This document shows positions 61,640 through 64,000 of a stretch of DNA of 64,000 nucleotides, piece by piece (position 1 is the stretch's first letter; the number at the start of each line of letters is the position of its first letter). Source of the DNA: an uncultured delta proteobacterium (GTDB lineage Bacteria > Myxococcota > B64-G9). The notes below the pieces were generated by a model. That model saw only the letters and a list, made by a program, of their open reading frames with translations. It searched no databases and was not told the DNA's origin. The stretch covers positions 96,001-160,000 of the forward strand of contig CAVWHX010000007.1 of NCBI GenBank assembly GCA_963754925.1, written 5' to 3'. A program made the translations under genes and the position numbers.

Positions 61640-62227
61640 ATGGACTCTGAGACCCTCTTCCGAGTGATCTTGGGGATTGCGTTAGTCGTGTTTTTTTGTA
61701 TTCGCGTGTACTTTCAGAAGCAAGCCAAAAGGGTTGAGCGGGTCGCACGCTGCCACGAACGACGTGACCGCTTCTTCTATAATCTGCTCTTGGGTTCCTA
61801 CCTGCTGATGTTTCTCTACGTGTTCACGCCCTGGCTGGATTTCGCGCACATACCTTTGCCGGCTTGGGTACGATGGATCGGAGCGCTGATAACCGGTAGC
61901 GGAATTTGGCTATTTACTTGGTCGCACCAGACGTTGGGCGCCAATTGGTCAGGAGTGCTTGAGATATCGAAAGGGCATCGCATGGTGATTGAAGGGCCGT
62001 ATCGCTATGTACGTCACCCGATGTATAGCGCCTTTTTTATTTTTGGCCTCGGTATCCTGCTCCAGACTGCCAATTGGTTCATTGGAGTACCCCATCTTGG
62101 AGCGGTAGTGTGGATGTATCTGACACGGGTGGCCTCAGAAGAAGCAATGATGATAGAGCATTTTGGGGATGCCTATCGGCAGTATATGACAATGACAAGG
62201 CGTTTGCTGCCACGGTTTCAAAAGTGA
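61640..62227 (+). CDS. Isoprenylcysteine carboxyl methyltransferase-family membrane protein
   Basis: LGANWS, GPYRYVRHPMY, EEAMM..HFG..Y..Y motifs. Confidence 0.92.
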   Translation: MDSETLFRVILGIALVVFFCIRVYFQKQAKRVERVARCHERRDRFFYNLLLGSYLLMFLYVFTPWLDFAHIPLPAWVRWIGALITGSGIWLFTWSHQTLGANWSGVLEISKGHRMVIEGPYRYVRHPMYSAFFIFGLGILLQTANWFIGVPHLGAVVWMYLTRVASEEAMMIEHFGDAYRQYMTMTRRLLPRFQK

Positions 62228-62478
62228 CATTGAGCTAAAAAGCAGAAATGACTGCGGTCGAAACGGTTATCATCAGTGGGTAAGAGATTAGCCCAACATT
62301 CTCTCCCTGCCACAACCAAAGTCATTTAGAGGTCCCCTCAGAAACTGGATAGGTTCGGAATAGTTGTTTGGTCTTCGGATGTTTTAGACCGTGAGTTTTG
62401 ACCCGGTGCGACGCAGGAGATTCGACAAAAAGTGGTGCTGTGCGGTTCCTAGACCCGATGCCTAGAAAAGAGGTTAAT

Positions 62479-63952
62479 ATGAATGCGATAGTGAAAGCCA
62501 TCAACTACGGAGGGATGGTTTCTTTTCCAAGGGATTACATCAAAACAAAACTTGGTCTGAATAAAATTACCACTGGATGGGAGTTTTTACGGCAAAAATA
62601 CGCCAAGCACTTCGGCTTCGGCATTGAAGTCAGGGGGCGCTCCCCGAATTTTGACAACGCCGATGCCTTGAAAAATGTTGCCGTGAATGCCATTCAACGT
62701 GCGATTAAACATTATGGTGATATGCTTATTGATGCCGACGTACAGGTAAAAGAAGGTGTTCTTTCCCCGGAAGATACCATAAAGACCGGCTATCATATCG
62801 ATTTTGATCTTTCCTGGGACTTTTCCAAGCCGGTATTAATTGAGATAACCTATGACAGGAAAAACAGATCCTACAAGATCATGGGCGTTGTTTATAATCA
62901 TTTTATAGACGGCGTTCCGATGGCTCTGTACATCTATCTTATCCATAATCATCTAATTTTAGGGAACAAATCACTTTTGAGCCAGTCAACGAGAACATTT
63001 TCGGTTCCCTATCGATTTCATAAGACTGCCATGATGAATTCGCCGAACGAAAATGAATGGCAAGGGTTAAAGTATTTCGGCCCTTTAACTCTCATACCCG
63101 TCGGGAGTCAACTAGATGTGACCGATAGCAATATCCCCAAACTAAGGAAAAAACTTTCACTCGACACAGGCTGCGATATATCGACGTCATCCCTGGAAAT
63201 AATCTTACTTTCCATGGAAATGGGAATGACCTGGGCGACCGACTATATCGCTCAGGGATCGGTTAACTCGGAAACGGCTCCTCGATATTCAAAAAGGATA
63301 CAAGGGCCTGGGCATTGTCAGAATGGAAGTGTCCGACGAAATACGAAAGGCCAATCCACCCTGTCAATATGAATGGATCCGCAGGGCCCTCTGCGATGCT
63401 TCGGTGGAGATGAAACTCGAAAGGCAGGCCAAGGGATGGGCCAGCCGTTTTTATGATCGCTACCGAAGGATTCCCGCGCTTTTTGTCAATTTGTTCGACC
63501 GAAGAATAGCATATGCCGACGTAATGTCCGTTGCAGGCACTCAGATTATCGGCTCTAATCTGAATGGCGTTGATTATGGTGTGCCGGTCTTTATCGGCGA
63601 CGTCACACCGGACGACGTCAAGTTCTTTTTCATTCCCTCGCACGGCGAGCATAACAAAAAAACACAGACGGAACGGGCAAAGCGGTCACTGGAGACACAT
63701 GTCACGGAGATTTCTTTTTCGTGCGGGCCTAAGACCAAACTTAGAAATGGAAAATCAGTTGCTTACAAATCACTTAAAATGTCCCCTAAAAAAGCACATG
63801 AACTACTTCTCGACTGGGGACATGCTCTCGAAAAAATAATGACGTTGTCATTGGAGGACAAAGTAAAACAGGTGTTCATCGAGGCCTATAGACCTGATGC
63901 GCCCATACGGAGCCGAATTGAGAATCGAGCGGCCCAGTATCTGAATCTTTGA
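62479..63952 (+). CDS. Hypothetical protein of roughly 490 aa split by a frameshift near 63310
   Basis: Overlapping ORFs 62398-63372 and 63323-63952; GAGG RBS before ATG 62479. Confidence 0.55.
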
Positions 63953-64000
63953 GGTCGCCTCAGAAAACGGAAATTAAAGCACGTTAGCGGCCGTCCGTGA

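Overview
Bacterial chromosomal window, probably Myxococcota/Deltaproteobacteria (inferred from a TIGR02266-type PilZ protein, a PEGA protein and Cys-rich lipoproteins). The left ~30 kb is mostly ordinary: glyQS, DUF72, a RelBE-like TA pair, ABC1/UbiB kinase, a czcCBA-like and an mdtABC-like RND system, FKBP, MarC, SDR and rtcB. It also holds a low-GC gene that appears to fuse tandem MazG domains to a PilZ domain. The right ~34 kb is an accessory region. Its main feature is a defective rve/DDE 'integrase core domain' element (30138-31290, TGT...ACA ends) followed by nine co-oriented copies or fragments of a ~240-bp non-autonomous derivative (33202-57892). These copies divide the region into blocks of unrelated cargo: a secreted hydrolase, an Rhs toxin/immunity array, ALDH plus GH44, asnB, feoAB-feoC, Imm1, Imm27 and an acetyl-CoA hydrolase-GNAT fusion. 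Almost all cargo genes lie on the opposite strand and several abut or run into the repeat ends, like an integron cassette array built from transposon ends. The region also holds IS481-like, IS3 and IS1182 elements, an IS66 fragment and a tRNA-Arg 3' fragment with arm-like repeats. Many single-base frameshifts, including one in glyS, suggest assembly indel errors. All family assignments are from motif recognition by eye; no searches were run.
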